NCBI RefSeq assembly: GCF_030684315.1
Contig: NC_081360.1
Coordinates: 26,395,818-26,459,817 of the forward strand
Direction: 5' to 3'
Source: Stegostoma tigrinum
Taxonomy: Eukaryota
DNA length: 64,000 nt
The notes under the pieces were generated by a model, which saw nothing but the letters and a program-made list of their open reading frames with translations, made no database searches and was not told where the DNA came from. Position 1 is the first letter of the stretch, and each line of letters opens with the position of its first letter. A program made the position numbers and the translations under genes. This document shows, one piece after another, positions 1 to 13,822 of this stretch.

Positions 1-229
1 CGCACAGAAATATATTGCATTTACCACGAGCAATTATCATTTTAGAATTCTATATTTCTTTTTGCTCATCGCACTGTTAAGCATTTTTGTTTTTATTTGT
101 CTCAGGGTGTTAATAGCAACTTTTTGTGATGACTAGTATCTCCCCCTCACTCCTAAAAAACAAAGCATACGTTATGTTTAGTTTCTGCTTTTTCAGCATT
201 GCTGTAAAGATCAGAATTCAGTTTCTCAC

Positions 230-311
230 CTGCCGGAGACCTCTCTTTCTTCCCAATGGTTGTTGCATAAGCAGATTCTGCTGCCCAGGTTCACTTTGAA
301 CACTTGCTACC
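230..311 (-). CDS. UNC80: UNC80 coding exon 18/18 (82 nt), not in ORF track
   Basis: taacag|G GTA GCA...CGG CAG|gtgaga; (R)VASVQSEPGQQNLLMQQPLGRKRGLRQ. Confidence 0.94.
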
Positions 312-2799
312 CTGTTAAGTATACTTAGTGTTAATCAGATTACAAATAATTAACTAATTCTGAATTTCTTTTATTAATTGTTATTTTTGTAGTGCTTGTT
401 TCATGTTTCAGAAAACTATTACTAACTTAATTTCAGCAAATAGATTGTCTTGTTCTCAATTTATTGTGTATTATTTTAAAACACCCACCTCAGACTCCAT
501 TAACTCTAATTTCCTAGCATTGTAAAGCAATTTGTACTCTTCAAAATTAGAATGTTTAAAAAAGATGCTGGATTTTTTTTCAGCTACTTTTATATTCGTA
601 GCATCATTAACTTGGTTGAAATTAATGATTTGTCAGTCTGGCATTTACTGAAACTGAAATTTGAATAAATATTCATACAAGAGCTTTCCCTTTTGCTGGT
701 AGAACATTTATATCACATTTCAGCCCAAATACCTCTCCTCTAATCTGTGAGAACTCATGGTACACTGTTAAAAGGAAGATAAAGTTGCAATAGTGCACGG
801 GTCTAAAACAAAAACAAACACTACAATTGAATTTTTTTTTAGAAATGGCAATGGTGGAGGTGTAAACAACTTGTTTCTTATATTTTGTAATGTTCAACAA
901 CAAAGGGCTGTCAAAATGTCAATAATTCATCACATAACACAATTTTTAATAAACAGTTCTGCTAAAAATGAAGCAATATAATGCATCTAAATTCAAGTTC
1001 TCTTACATGTAATTGATTCTCCAGATTTAATCGTACTAGGGGACAGAAGCTCATGGATAGAGCTCTTGCACTCACCAGGATGTTCAAAGCAGATATTCAA
1101 GACTCCCAGCTCCCATATGCACTGAAAATTATCGCATGCAGTCCTGATTTTCACTGAGCATGTGTTTTTTTTTTCCTTTGAAGGATGTGCTGAGATAGAA
1201 ATTTGTTCATGTGGCATTGTGCCACCACTTACTGGGGGGTGTGCTATGGCACTAGCATCCCTTCTGTGTACTACTGCTGGTTATTGATGCTGGATGGTCC
1301 ATTCACTGGGTGTCACACAGGCGCACTAACTGCTATCATGCCAGTATTGGAAACCTGCACCCATGAGGATTTCTTGCATATCCATCAATGTAGCTCATAG
1401 CAACAAGCTGGGATCTCAGTCTGTTCACATTACCAGTCAAAGGAGAGCTATTTTTCAGTTAACTGTAGCTGGGTCCTTGGAGGTGTTATTTTCAGTTCCT
1501 GAATACAGCCAAGGAGAGGACAACCTGGCCAAGCATGGAGGCACTTGTCGCAGTGTCCCCTTTTCTTTCACAGTGTGTGGTCTTCACCGGCATTTGTTTG
1601 CCATCCCTACTGCCCTTGAGCAGATTGGTTTTCTAGGCCATTGCTAAGGGCAGGTAAGAATCAAGATTTCATTGCTGTGGTTCAGGGGTGACATGTAGGT
1701 CAGACCAGGTGAGGATGGCAGACATCCTTCCTCAGGAGCACGAGTGAAGTAAGTGGGTTTTTACATCAATCGGCGATAACTGTCGCGGTTGCATTAACCA
1801 TCACCGTTGCGCCCTGCCTTTGGGAAGCCCTGGTCTTAATGTCCTCCAAAGGAGGCAATGCCACCCTGTGGGGGAGCAAAACTGGGCCTGACTGTGGCTC
1901 ACTTGTGCTCCCTGACCAGCTTTTGCTGGCTTCCAGGCAGAATTCTCAAGGACCTGAAAGCAAACAGAGGCGAAAGGTTAAAAATGGGGTGGCATGGAGC
2001 TTTTTAGCCACACCATCTGAAGCTTTCTGTTGAAGACAAATGCCAGGAGGGGGCGGTGGGAGGTAAATATAGGTTTGAGAGGCAGAAGACAGATTGCCGC
2101 CTCCTCCTCCCAAAACCACCTCTTGGAACTAGATTCCATGGGCTACGTCACCTGCTGCCCCAATATCTCAATGATCTCCTTCTGGGGTTCAGCAGACTGC
2201 ATCTTGGAAATTGCCCACCCTTTTCTTCCTGAGTTATGTTTGTATTTTCACCTGAAGACAGAGAGAGAGGCTGACTGACAGTGATTGCATAGCATTGTCC
2301 CTTGCTCATGTGTACAACAGAGAAAGGTGCATGAAGCAAGAGATAGGTGTGATTCTGCCCAATTTGGAAAGCTGTCTGTTGATGAGGTGCATGTTAGGTG
2401 AAAGTTTGAAGTGAGGAGTTGGTGTGTGCCACACGTGGGATGTAATGCAAATCTACTTTCACTCACCTTGAGCAACAAGTCATTGCACTTTATCAGGAAC
2501 ACTGTCGCACCCTATGGGTGAGAGTCTGAGCATTAACCTCCCTCCCTCATCAATCTGGTACATGAGAATATTCTACCAACCCACAGAATCTTGGTCTCCA
2601 TCCTGGAATCCACCTTGCTCACCTGGCCCTCTAAGGCAACACCAGAGAAGCATGATTTGAATGAGTGACAGCAGGGTCACACGTCACAACTCATCTGTAA
2701 CAAATCGAATTTCTAGTCCACCATGTGTACCCAGCACTTGCAGGTCCATGTCCATGTTACTTTCTTCACATCAGAAATATCCTTCGGCTACAAGTATGG

Positions 2800-2917
2800 A
2801 CAGCACAGTGGCTGAGTGGTTAGCACTGCTGCCTCACCTGGCCTCGATTCCAGCCTCAGGTGACTGTCAGTGTGGTGTCTGCACATTCTCCCTATATCGG
2901 CGTGGATTTCTGCCAGG
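2800..2917 (+). mobile_element. HE1/V-SINE 5' part, interrupted; resumes at about 3630-3665
   Basis: tRNA-like head cacagtggctgagtggttagcactgctgcctcac plus V-domain start. Same family as 35391-35712. Confidence 0.85.
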
Positions 2918-3629
2918 AGGAGAACATGCCCCCATCTACATCAATGGAACCAAGGTTGAGAAGGTGAAGGGCGTCAAGTTCCTTGGAATGACGATAACTG
3001 ACTACCTGTCCTGGACTTCCCACGTAGAGGCAACAGTCAAGAATGCATAGCAACGCCTGTTCTTCCACAGGCAGCTCAGGAAGTTTGGCATGTCCATAAG
3101 GTCCCTCATCAACTTCTACAGACGCACCATTGAAAGCATACTGCCAGGGTGCATCATAGTCTGGTACGGCAACTGCTCTCCCCAGGACCATAAGAAACTA
3201 CAGAAGGTGGTGTGCACAGCCCAGACCATCGCTGAAGCCAACCTTCCATCCATGGACACTATTTAAACGGCACACTGCCATGGAAAGGCAGCCAACAACA
3301 TCAAAGACCCATCACACCCTGGTAATGATCTCCTGCAACTTTTATTAGCAGGTAGAAGATACAGAAGCCTGAACAGACACACCAGCAGGTTCGGAAACAG
3401 TTCCTTCCTGGCTGTTATCAGACTGTTGAATGGATTCTCTAGAATCAAATAACTCTAATCTTGCTCATGTTGATCTTGCCTAGAGCACACCCTGTGCAAT
3501 CTAACCTGTATGCCTTTGTCTGAGTCTTTCGGATCTGTACATCCTTTCCTTACTATGATCTGCCTGTACGGCTCATAAAAAAGCTTTTCACTGCATTTCA
3601 GTACACGAGGCAACAAATAAACCAATCAA
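2918..3629 (+). mobile_element. Rex1/Babar-like LINE, 5'-truncated 3' fragment
   Basis: Decayed ORF end HAPIYINGTKVEKVKGVKFLG...IVWYGNCS...DPSHPG...VIRLLNG, followed by a 3' UTR ending aataaaccaatcaa. Confidence 0.8.
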
Positions 3630-3861
3630 CCAGGTGCTCCAGTTTCAGCCCATAGTCCAAAGAAATCAAGAAATGCACATCAACAAATGTAATCTCTTGC
3701 CGAAAGAAGAAGTGTTTTGAACAGTAGCTTCTCACCTGACCATGCCAGGAACTCTTCATTTGCATTGATCAAGGTTTCTCAGCTTGTCAATTTCACTGAA
3801 GAAACTCTTTGCATTGTGTATTCACCTTGCAAGCTGCTGGCAGCTAAGGAAACAGATGAAA

Positions 3862-4025
3862 ACTGAAAGAACTGCAGGTGCTGTATATCAGAAACAAAAA
3901 CAGAAGTTGCTTGATAAGCTCAGCAGGACTGGCAGCATCTGTGAAGAGAAATCAGAGTTAACGTTTCGGGTCCAGCGATGCTTCCTCAGTTCTGCCAGAC
4001 CTGCTGAGCTTTACCAACAACTTCT
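3862..4025. mobile_element. PLE-derived fold-back element (family B)
   Basis: Inverted arms at about 3902-3935 and 3991-4025 surround a minus-strand CTGAGGA...cccGAAACGTT core. Confidence 0.75.
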
Positions 4026-5553
4026 AGCTGGTCTTGAACAAAACTGTGTACCAATTAAAAAGGAAATAATTCCCTGTCAATGGGGCAATGATTTACGTTC
4101 AGTGAGACATTAGTCAAGGAAAACATTTACAAAGTTTTACTGCAACCGGAAAGACTTTGATTGAGCGTGTTGCATTTGTATGGTGGCTCAAGGTGTGCAC
4201 TTAAATGCACATGATGAAGCTGAAGATTTTTTTTGCCTTTGTAATTAAATTTACAGTCAAATTAAAACTGGATCCTTGAGGCACTCATCCACTCAGCAGC
4301 ATTTCTATTAAGTTACTTCAAAAGGAAAGAAGAGATAAAATCAAAGGTTATTTAATGAAGTCAACAAGAGCTTTGGAGTGATCGAGAGCTTCTACAATGA
4401 ATATGCTACGAAGCACAAAAGATCAATACTGGTTGAGATGAATTTGGAGACTGCATTTATTTGGATAATTCCTGTCCTGTATGATGCTAGAGAGCACATC
4501 ATTAACAAAGAAATATGGTGCAGCAGAATATCAGACATGTTCATTAATTACATAATATCATCTGTGAAGAGGCATAACCGACTCTGCTCTGAATTTCTGA
4601 CAGTAAGAGAGTCAATGGATGTGAAAGTTCAGTCAGGGCCCACTACCCTGGATTGCTGTTCATTTTTATAACCTTCCTATTTTCCATAGACACAATCAAC
4701 TACATATTTAGAAGCAGGTACGCAAACAGGGCACATAGATTTAAGCGAAATGATAATGTAACACCATTCACCCCATTTTCCATTACAGCTTTATCATTTA
4801 TTTGTGACAGTGTATAAATAAGAGCAATGATTTTTATAACTCTTAGGCCTGAGGGGTTCTTGAAAGTTCTAAATGTGAATTTTAACATTATTTTGACTTC
4901 AAATATCTGATTCAGTCATATACTTAAATATAATATATGAGATAAAGTTACAGCAATGGAAAAGGAAAAAGCCTGAAACATCAAAAGATTTCACTTACTT
5001 AAAGAACATGACCGTTTGATAGCAAGTAATACATTAGAATGCTGAAATTTCACTCAATTGCCTTGATATTCCAGGAGCATCTCAGTTTTCTCTTTATCAA
5101 AATGATGCCATGGGTAATTTAGATAAGACATGGAAAATGTATTCAGAAGGGACAGAGATGGGTCATTCAAAGGAGTGATATTTTATTGTCCCCTTCCTTT
5201 TGATACTTGTTACATTTTATATTACACCTCCACCTTTACCAAAAGTTTCCATCAAAGATTCAGTCATTTAAAATGCTAGGGGATGTGAGCACGAATGGAT
5301 AATATGGGAACATGGGTGGATAACATTCGTGTGATGGAACATTTTCATGGCATTTCTGATTTCCAATTAAACCACAGGTTTCACAGAGAGAAAAAGAAAT
5401 GTGAGATTTAAAAGACATATGAATGGCAATGTGGTTTTTGTTTGGAAAAAAAACCGGATGAAAACTAAATAGCAAGACTTATTAAATGACAGACAAAAGT
5501 GTTATCAGGATTCCTAGCATGTACATTGACATAAATGCAACATTACACTGTAC

Positions 5554-5610
5554 CTAGAAAGGTTAATCTCAGCAGCCAGCCCCTGGGATTCATCGAGGAC
5601 ATTAGGTTCA
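5554..5610 (-). CDS. UNC80: UNC80 coding exon 17/18 (57 nt), not in ORF track
   Basis: ctgcag|T GAA CCT...TCT AG|gtacag; (S)EPNVLDESQGLAAEINLS. Confidence 0.93.
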
Positions 5611-7574
5611 CTGCAGGGCAGGGAGATGAGTATTTAGGGAAATGAAGCATGCCTTGTCTACAAACAGGGCAATTCACAAGGTAGCATGCTGTTAAACAGC
5701 ATACACTTACTGTACATTGTAAAACAAATCAATAGGCTTAAACAAATCTAGGGACTGGAATTTCAAATCAAGTATAATGCTTAAAACACATGAAAACCAA
5801 AACAAATTCTACATTGCTCTAGACCAGGAGGAAAATCTCACCTACTATACAAAGAATTAATAGAAAATATGATCAATTTTAAGGATGAAGCCTGTTTTGC
5901 TAAATAACAGAATTTCATTTTCTGCCCCATTGGAGGTTCAGAGAGATTTACTTATGGATGTCTAAATTAAACACAAAAAATTGAACATTCTTTAGCAGAC
6001 AATGCTGGAAAATTAAGTCAAATACTTGAATGCTATTCATGCAAATGTTATGTAATAAAATTGTACGGTGTAGGTTTGCACCCATGAACAACTGAGTGCA
6101 GGTAAACATATGAAAACTCAGAAGGTAAGACAACTCAGGCCAGTCTTCACTTTAAGCACTTAAACAGAGATAAAGATTGGTAAAGATTGACAGTGCACCT
6201 GGCCACAGAATATATGTTACAAAGGTACACTGCATAGAAATTAACACTTTAAAAAGAAGGCAAAATGCCACAAACATTGTTCTCAGGACCACAATGTTGC
6301 TTTAGTCTCAAAGTAGAGTGCTCTCAACATTTGAAATCTTTATGAGAAACAATACAGCAGTTTAAGCAATGGCAGTCTTAAAACACTGAACCTGCTGACA
6401 GTATATATTTTTCTTTAGGCTTGGGATATAGACGTCATTGACTGAGCCAGCATTTATTACCCATCCCTTTTAAATTGTGTTGCAAGAAATTAAATGTATT
6501 CAATTCTAATATTAACATTACCATTAACCATTGTCACAGGAACAAATGATTTTATTCATCTCTAAATATTTGGGTGTCATTACTTACCATTATTTTGATT
6601 GTGAATTTGTTAACCGCAATGCTTGATAAACAATTAGAAAATGGGCACAAAAAGTAAATTTACCTTATGTTTAAAATGAGGATCACCCATTACAGATCGG
6701 TTACAGATCAGAGGGTTATTAGCGTCAAATTCTTTCCCACATAGACCAGTGGAGGATCACTGTTATTACTGCTGTGTTTAATTAATCATTTAAAAATAGA
6801 TCAAAAGGATGAAATACATTTTCACCCAAACTCTATATAAAAACCCAAGTGTCAACGATCAAATGAATGTTGATACATGAGTATATTCAAACTAACCTAT
6901 GTTGGATTTTGTTTTCAAAGTTACCAAATGTGTTCTTTGTTATGCTATCCTTTGCTCTTATGCAGTATACAACTTGTCCCAAGTCATCGTCAACATCATT
7001 TCCATTCTGGACAGTTGCCTTCGTTTGATGGAATTTGTGAATTATTGATAGGACTTCACATTAATAGATGTACACACGGCTGACTAAACAGAACATAACA
7101 GTGGAACATGCATGTGGATCCAGGTGGGCTTGGCAAGATTGATATTAAAGGATGTTTCCCCTACTGGGACGGACTAGAACTAAGGGACACAGAATAAGAT
7201 GGGGAGACTCCCATTTCAGATGGGGATGAAGAAAATTTCTCCTCTGGGGGTCATTAGCCTGTGAAATTCTTTTCCCCCACACAGCAGTGCAGAATCACTG
7301 ATTCCTATTACAGCAGAGTTAAGTAGATCTTGCTTGACAAGTAGGTCAAAGGACAAAGGTATTAGACGTGAAAGAGAAAACTGCAATCAGGTCAGCTATG
7401 ATCATTAATATAAACAGATAATGATAACTACTCACTACGAGTCATGGACAGAACTAAATTAATTAAAATAGAAATATTCATAATTTCAAAGCTACTTTAG
7501 TTTTCTTCCAAGTAAAAGCACATGATGCTCCAATAAAATTCATATAAAAGCTAATTCAATGATTACAGCTACAG

Positions 7575-8095
7575 ATGAACATAAAAGATCCCATACCCAC
7601 AACCAATAAAACTAATGTAACATACAAAATGCCATGTAAGGACTGTGAGAAACATCATATAGGCCAAACTGGAAGAAAACTGACAATAAGAATACACAAA
7701 CACCAACTAGCTACCAAGAAACACAACCAATTCTCAAGGGTCTTAATACACTCGGACAAAGGAGGACATGAATTTGACTGGGACAACACATCCATAATAG
7801 CACAAGCCAAACACAGAATTCCTGGAGGCCTGGCATTTCAACTGTAACTCCAACAACAAACACATTGAACCGGACCTGGTATGCAAACCACTGAAAAACA
7901 GAACTCGAAGTGATACCAACCACCCCAGCAAACTGAGGCACATAAATAACAAACGGGACAGGATGCCAGCACTTCACAGGAGGCACACTGATGATGTTAC
8001 TTAGCAGGGTGTCAAAGCATCCACAACCAAACACATTGGCTCAGCAAGCAAATTTACAACCTCATCCACAACCCGAGCTACAAGTCTTCTCAAAA
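7575..8095 (+). mobile_element. Penelope-like element 3' fragment with GIY-YIG endonuclease (family C)
   Basis: NVTYKMPCKDCEKHHIGQTGRKLTIRIHKH is a degenerate PLE GIY-YIG. The terminal region has CTGATGA at 7988-7994. Confidence 0.85.
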
Positions 8096-8229
8096 ACTTT
8101 AATTCAATGGGTTTTTTAAAAAAGAATGACTAGATGTTCTTACAATCTAAGGGAACTAGCTGAGAGAATTCCATAATGCAAATATTTGAGTGCTTCATTG
8201 TATGGATTAGGAATTTCTAAGTCAGCCTA

Positions 8230-8690
8230 ACCGGGATATTGCCGGGAATGGAAGATTTGAGTTATAGGGAGAGGCTGGATAGGCTGAGACTTTTCTCACT
8301 GGAGCATAGGAGGTTGAGAGGTGACTTTACAGAGTATTTTAAATTCGTGGGGGGTATCGATAAGGTGAATGGTAGATATCTTTTCCCTACAGTGGGGCAT
8401 TTCAAGACTAGGGTGCTTTTTTTTTTAAGGTGAGATGGGAAAGATTTAAAAAGGACATGAGGGACAATGTTTTACACAAGGAGCAGTTCGTGTGTGGAAT
8501 GAATTTCATAGGAAGTGGCGGATGCAAGTACAATTACGATCCTTAAGACATTTGGATAAGTGCATGAATGAGATAGGGTTGGAGGGAAATGGGCCAAGTG
8601 CAGACAGGTGAGATTATAGTTTGGTTTGGGATTTTGGTCAGCATGGACTGGTTGGACTGAAAGGTCTGTTTCTGTGTTGTATGACTCAAT
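8230..8690 (+). mobile_element. CR1 (HER1-like) LINE 3' end
   Basis: PGMEDLSYRERLDRLRLFSLEHRRLRGD motif plus the typical tail ...gaaaggtctgtttctgtgttgtatgactc. Confidence 0.9.
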
Positions 8691-9989
8691 GACACAGGAG
8701 AATTCCAGGAACATTTGCAATCCAGTCATCCGTGAGAAACTTGCACCACCATTCTTTTCATCTTTAAGACAGTTCAAACTCTTCATGAAAGTCTCCTTTA
8801 GGAATTTATTTTGCAGCAAACAAATGTTGCTCTGCTTTTGTCTTCACTCACTCTCAAAGTTTAGAATGATGCATCATTGCTGCTTTACAGAGGTCTCCTG
8901 TTCCAGTCACTCCATGAAGATCTCATTGAAAAATTTACCTGCAATGCCCTAGAGGATTGCCACTGGCTTTTAAATGCATTGGAATCAATTTAGCGTGACT
9001 TTATTAATGATCCTGGTGGAGAAGTGGGCTTCATTTTCCCTCATTAACATGCAGGTAACTCTGGCTCCCTCAAATCTAATCTAAATTCTGATAGTATCAA
9101 AATGAGGACAGTGTGAAAATTGTAGCCTCATGATCATGGCCACAAAACTAGGCATTCATCTGACTAACCTCATGTCAACTTAATAAATTAACACAATGTT
9201 TACGTTACTGGTCTAAACATTTAGAGGTATGAGCTGAGACATGTAAATTCAGTAAACAAATTAATCAGGGAACAACAAAAAACTAGTATCTGTAATAACC
9301 ACCATGTAACTAGCATTGGCTCTAAAAATTCAAATGCCTACTAATGTCCTCTTCCATCCATACCAAATTAAATCCACATTAGAAGTATTGTGGACACTTA
9401 ACTGTGCTCTAAAATGGCCCTAATAAAATCATGTAAAAGTAAGTCAGGAATGGACAATAAACATTGGCTTTGCCAGGGACATCATGGTTGAATATGTTAA
9501 GAATTTGAATCAAAATCCAAATGCAAAAGAATCAATTATCAATAAAAGAAACCATGAAACAATTACAAACAAAAGCAGTGTGTCCTGGATAAACACAACA
9601 CGTCTGCCAACATCTGTAGAGAGAAAACAGAGTTAAGTTTTCAAGTCCAGTGACCCTTTTTCTGACCGACAAAGATCACTCTCTAACAAGGAACACAGGA
9701 ACAGTGTACCAGTTAGCCTTGACCCTGTTCCAGTATCCAATAAGATCATAGCTGATTTATAACCTAATTCTATGTTTCTCCCTTTGCCCCACTTCTTCCA
9801 ATGCCTTTGCATATTAAATGTCTCCTTCAAAAATTACCTTTGGATGAGCATCAACTGTAATTTATAGAACAGAATTTAAAACATCTCCCAGCTTTTGAAT
9901 ATACAGGTGTTTTCTAAATTCATTCATGAAAGTCTGGCTCTTTTCTTTTATAAGAAGCCCATTGGTTCAGAAGAATTAAAGGCAATCTT

Positions 9990-10990
9990 GTTGAAACATG
10001 TAAGATTCTGAGGGGACCGAGCAGGGCAGATACAGAAAGGATGCTTCCCCTTGTGGAAGGCACAACATCTAAGGAGCATACTTTAGAAATACGGAGTCTT
10101 CCATTCAAACTGGGGATAAAGCAAAATTATTTCTCTTGGAGGATTGTCTGTGGAATCCTTTGCTCCAAAGACTGTAGCAGGGTAAGAGAATATGCTTAGA
10201 AGTCAGAGGTGTACAAGGTGATCAAAAGGTATTGGGATAATGTGAAAGTGAGCCATGAGCTTCCTGAATGGTGCAGCAGGCTTAAGGGACCTCTTGGTCC
10301 TCTGAAATTGTAAGCTCATATTTCCACGTTGCAAAAAATCCTTAATTTTATATTTCACCCTCTTTGCAATAAACAACATGCAATTCACTTTCTAATTACT
10401 TGCTGTATGTCCACACTAAGTTGTGATCCATGAACCAGGACACCTAAAGCGTCCACCTCGAGTTTATAATCTCTCTGCTGTTTTTCTACTCTTTCTGCCA
10501 AAGTCAACAAGTTCACATTTTACTCCATCTTCCAAATTTCTGTCTAGTCACCTATCTATAGGACTTCTTGCCTCCACTTCAAAACTTACTTTCCTATCTG
10601 TCATTGTGTTGTTGGAAAAGTTAGCAACCATATATTCTGTCCATTTATCCAAGTTTGAAAAACAGCCCCAGCACTGATCCTTGTGAACCACCTGGAAATC
10701 CAAGCACCTCACATGTCTACAAGTTCCCCTTGATCCATGTTCCTTGTTACCTAGTCAAAGAACTCTAAATTATGAGTTAAATATGACTTGCCTTTAAATA
10801 AATAACATATTGACTCTATCTGATTGTACTGAGATTCTGAAAGTGTCTTCCAAAATCTCTAAGATAGATTCCAGTATTTTCCCTATGACGGCTATTAGGC
10901 TAACTGGCCTGTAGTTTCCTGCTTTCTGTTTCCCTACTTTCTTGAAGAGTTACATTTGCTATTTTCCAATCTGGTGGGACTTTTCCACAT
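9990..10990. mobile_element. Old CR1 fragments: plus strand about 9990-10320, minus strand about 10330-10990
   Basis: Degraded similarity to the other CR1 ORF2 and 3' segments in the window. Confidence 0.6.
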
Positions 10991-11346
10991 CCCTATTGTA
11001 GTGAGAGCTCAGTAATTATACCAGGTTGACAGCTCCTTCTGGAATTTTTCATTGTTGGAGTAATTTTGCAACTCTGTTGGTGAAACAATCAGCTTCACTC
11101 GCATCTAAAAGAATCCAGCTTTGAGCAACCTGGAGCAAAGCTGATGAATCAAGTGAATTGAGATGTTCCCACCTTTATGAATCAGTCTGATCATTGGTGC
11201 AACTGGAATCTTTCAGCCAACAAAGTGGACCATACACTCTCAGATTCTACTGTTGTTCTCCACATTTAACATACTTTAATATTAAACTTAAAAAGTAATT
11301 TATATGACATTTAAATGAAAGTTATAGAAATTGTTGGCCTCATTAC

Positions 11347-11494
11347 CTGTTGCTGGGCAAAATTCTGAGGCCGGAGTCTGACTGAGGAGCAGACATGCTA
11401 GAGACATGGCTTGAAAATCGACGACGCCCCCTACTGCTGCTGGCCAAATATGCTTCCTGTTCGCTAACAACACTAGGCATGCTAACGGTGTCAT
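11347..11494 (-). CDS. UNC80: UNC80 coding exon 16/18 (148 nt); the ORF track shows a different frame here
   Basis: ctgcag|AT GAC ACC...AAC AG|gtaatg; (N)DTVSMPSVVSEQEAYLASSSRGRRRFSSHVSSMSAPQSDSGLRILPSN. Confidence 0.94.
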
Positions 11495-12257
11495 CTGCAG
11501 GGCAGAAAGGAAAACCCATTTAGACAGCTTTCTCTTCCTATTGAAACAGCAACATTATGATCCACGCATGAATGACAACATTAAAAATAATAAAGGTAAC
11601 ATGAAACATGCTGGAACCCCCATTAATAGCGGTTTAAACAGTACTTCTGTGCTGAAGATATCGAAGTTGTGAAACTGTTTTTTTTTCCAATTCTTGCGTT
11701 TTAAAAGTACAAAAGTTAAATTGCCTTTCTGTGCGCTGGGTTTGTGTCCATCTGGTGACCAAATAATTTGCCAACAGTCATAAGTGGGTTTTCCTGTGTA
11801 AAATGTACATTTTTCAGTTATGGTCAGTGAAGATTGTAAAAGTGAAAGAGTTTTTAATCCTCCAACCAAAAAAGGGAGGTAATTCATCTGGGATGGGCAT
11901 CAGTGAAACAAAATGGTCCCTCAAAGTGATTTTAGCCCCTGACCCTATATGAACTTTTCAGTTGTACCCCATCAAGGAGTTCCCACTTGAAGCATTTTAC
12001 GTTCTTAAATTCTGTCCCTCCTTCCCATGCAGCTTACCCAGGACACACCATTTCCTGTTTAACACAAACTTTAGCTAATGCAGCTCTGTTTTCAGCTACA
12101 ACACATTATGCAAACATAACACCCAAAGTTGTTGACAGCCTTCTTATGGGAACGCAGAATGCTGCTATTTCAATATTTGATTTGTGTGCGCTCCCAAGTA
12201 ATGAAAGCTAGAATGCAAATTTGGTACTTGTAGCACTGCTTTACTAAATAATAAATA

Positions 12258-12360
12258 AGTTCTGAGGAAGTGTTACTGGACCTGTAATGATAACTTTAAT
12301 TTCTCTTCACAGATGCTGACAGACCTGTGAGCTTTTCCAGCAACACCTGTTTTTGATGCT
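12258..12360 (+). mobile_element. PLE family B terminal fragment
   Basis: agttctgaggaagtgttactggacc...cacagatgctgacagacctgtgagcttttccagcaac, homologous to the 3862 and 58993 copies. Confidence 0.75.
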
Positions 12361-12884
12361 TTTTTAAATAAATACAGTATTGTTGCTATGTGCACAATCG
12401 CCACATATTATTGGAAAAATAGAGAAAAATACATGTAGTTCACAGAGACACTTCTAGCAGAAGTTACTGACCAATAATCAACAGTAGATACTTAACTTCT
12501 TCGTCAAACTCTAACTCCAAGTTGCTAAAACTAATTCTCACCATGGCCCCAAAGTCACTCATTTACTCTTTTAGTCATTGGGTAAACTCTACAAAAAGCT
12601 ATATCTTTAGTTATCTGTTTGGCAGGATGGGATTAAAGTAGAAAATGAGTAGAGAGAAAACTGGTAAAGCAAAATACTGTCCACCGCACTGTCCCAAATA
12701 ACTACATCTATATGGTCCACCAGAAAGCTTACCTGCCACAAAATTCCATGTCTTTTTGCCATGCTGTCTTGTGAGTCAGTGTGTAGATTTGGAACGTAGT
12801 ATTGGCATAAAGGCCATTATCTATCACTGAAACCAAACATACTAGAACATCCTAACCATGTGGTTATCTTGTTATAGAACATCT

Positions 12885-13010
12885 TTCTATATGTAATGTG
12901 GCCGCTATTTTCTACATTACAACAGTGACTACAGTTCAAATGTAATTTGTTGACTGTAAAGTGTGTTGGCATGTCCTGAGGTCACGAAGCACATGACCTC
13001 AAGTCTTCCT
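12885..13010 (+). mobile_element. DeuSINE (SacSINE1/AmnSINE-like) 3' part
   Basis: ctacattacaacagtgactacagttcaaa...tgtaaagtgtgttggcatgtcctgaggtc resembles the recalled Deu-domain 3' end and tail. Confidence 0.65.
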
Positions 13011-13611
13011 TTATAGAGAGTATCAGCTATGACTCAGATCTATGTATTAAGCCAAATTACACTCCATGGTCCACGACTGGATAAATATAAAAGAACTGGC
13101 CTACAAATGCATGGACGCCGAACCCGTATTAACAAATGGGAATTTGATTATGTTATTTGGTAAGCAGTGTCCCCCTTTTTTATTTAGTGTCAGAGGTACT
13201 TAAAACATTGAAATGGATGTCTAATGCTTGTTGTACAAGTGTTGTTAAACTGGGTAGGTCCAAAGTTGTCTTGTCCTGTGATAATCTTTTAACTTAACAA
13301 TGATGACTGATAGAATGGACGAGTGTAAATTGAAGAATTCATCTGTATATGTTGGATTCATTTTTGGCTGGCAGCTTACCCTACTGAATGACTGGAGTTT
13401 GGCCTAGTTTATCACTTCTGAAACTCACCTCTGACCTTTCAAAACAATTCGTTGATGAATTTATCCTCTTAAATGGCGTCATTGCCTTGTTTATTCACTT
13501 TCTAGCTACTGGGAGAGAAAGTCATCTTGTGTATCAGTGTGAAATATGACACATTCCATCTGCCATTTATTATACTGGTCAGCATACATTCAGTTCCACC
13601 ATAGTCAAGGT

Positions 13612-13822
13612 TATTGGTTAGCTTGGTTGGCTGGACGGCAGACTGACAGCAACAGCTGGGGATCAATTCCCATGCTGGCTGAAGTTGCTATGAAGGTCCC
13701 ACCTTATTAATCTCTCACCTCAGCTGAGCGATGGTGACCCTCAGGTTAAACCACCACCAGCTGTCTCCCTCTAATGAGAGAGCAGCCCTATACCTCGGTA
13801 GGACCAAGGTGATTTTACCCTT
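13612..13822 (+). mobile_element. Short SINE-like repeat, family not named
   Basis: About 210 bp with a tRNA-like head. An inverted homologue lies at about 53090-53300 (ggttaaaccaccaccag...tctctaatgagagagcagc). Confidence 0.7.

Noticed and set aside
12977-13001. tgaggtca-N9-tgacctca inverted nuclear-receptor half-sites
   Set aside because: Lies in a SINE tail and the spacing is not a standard response element.
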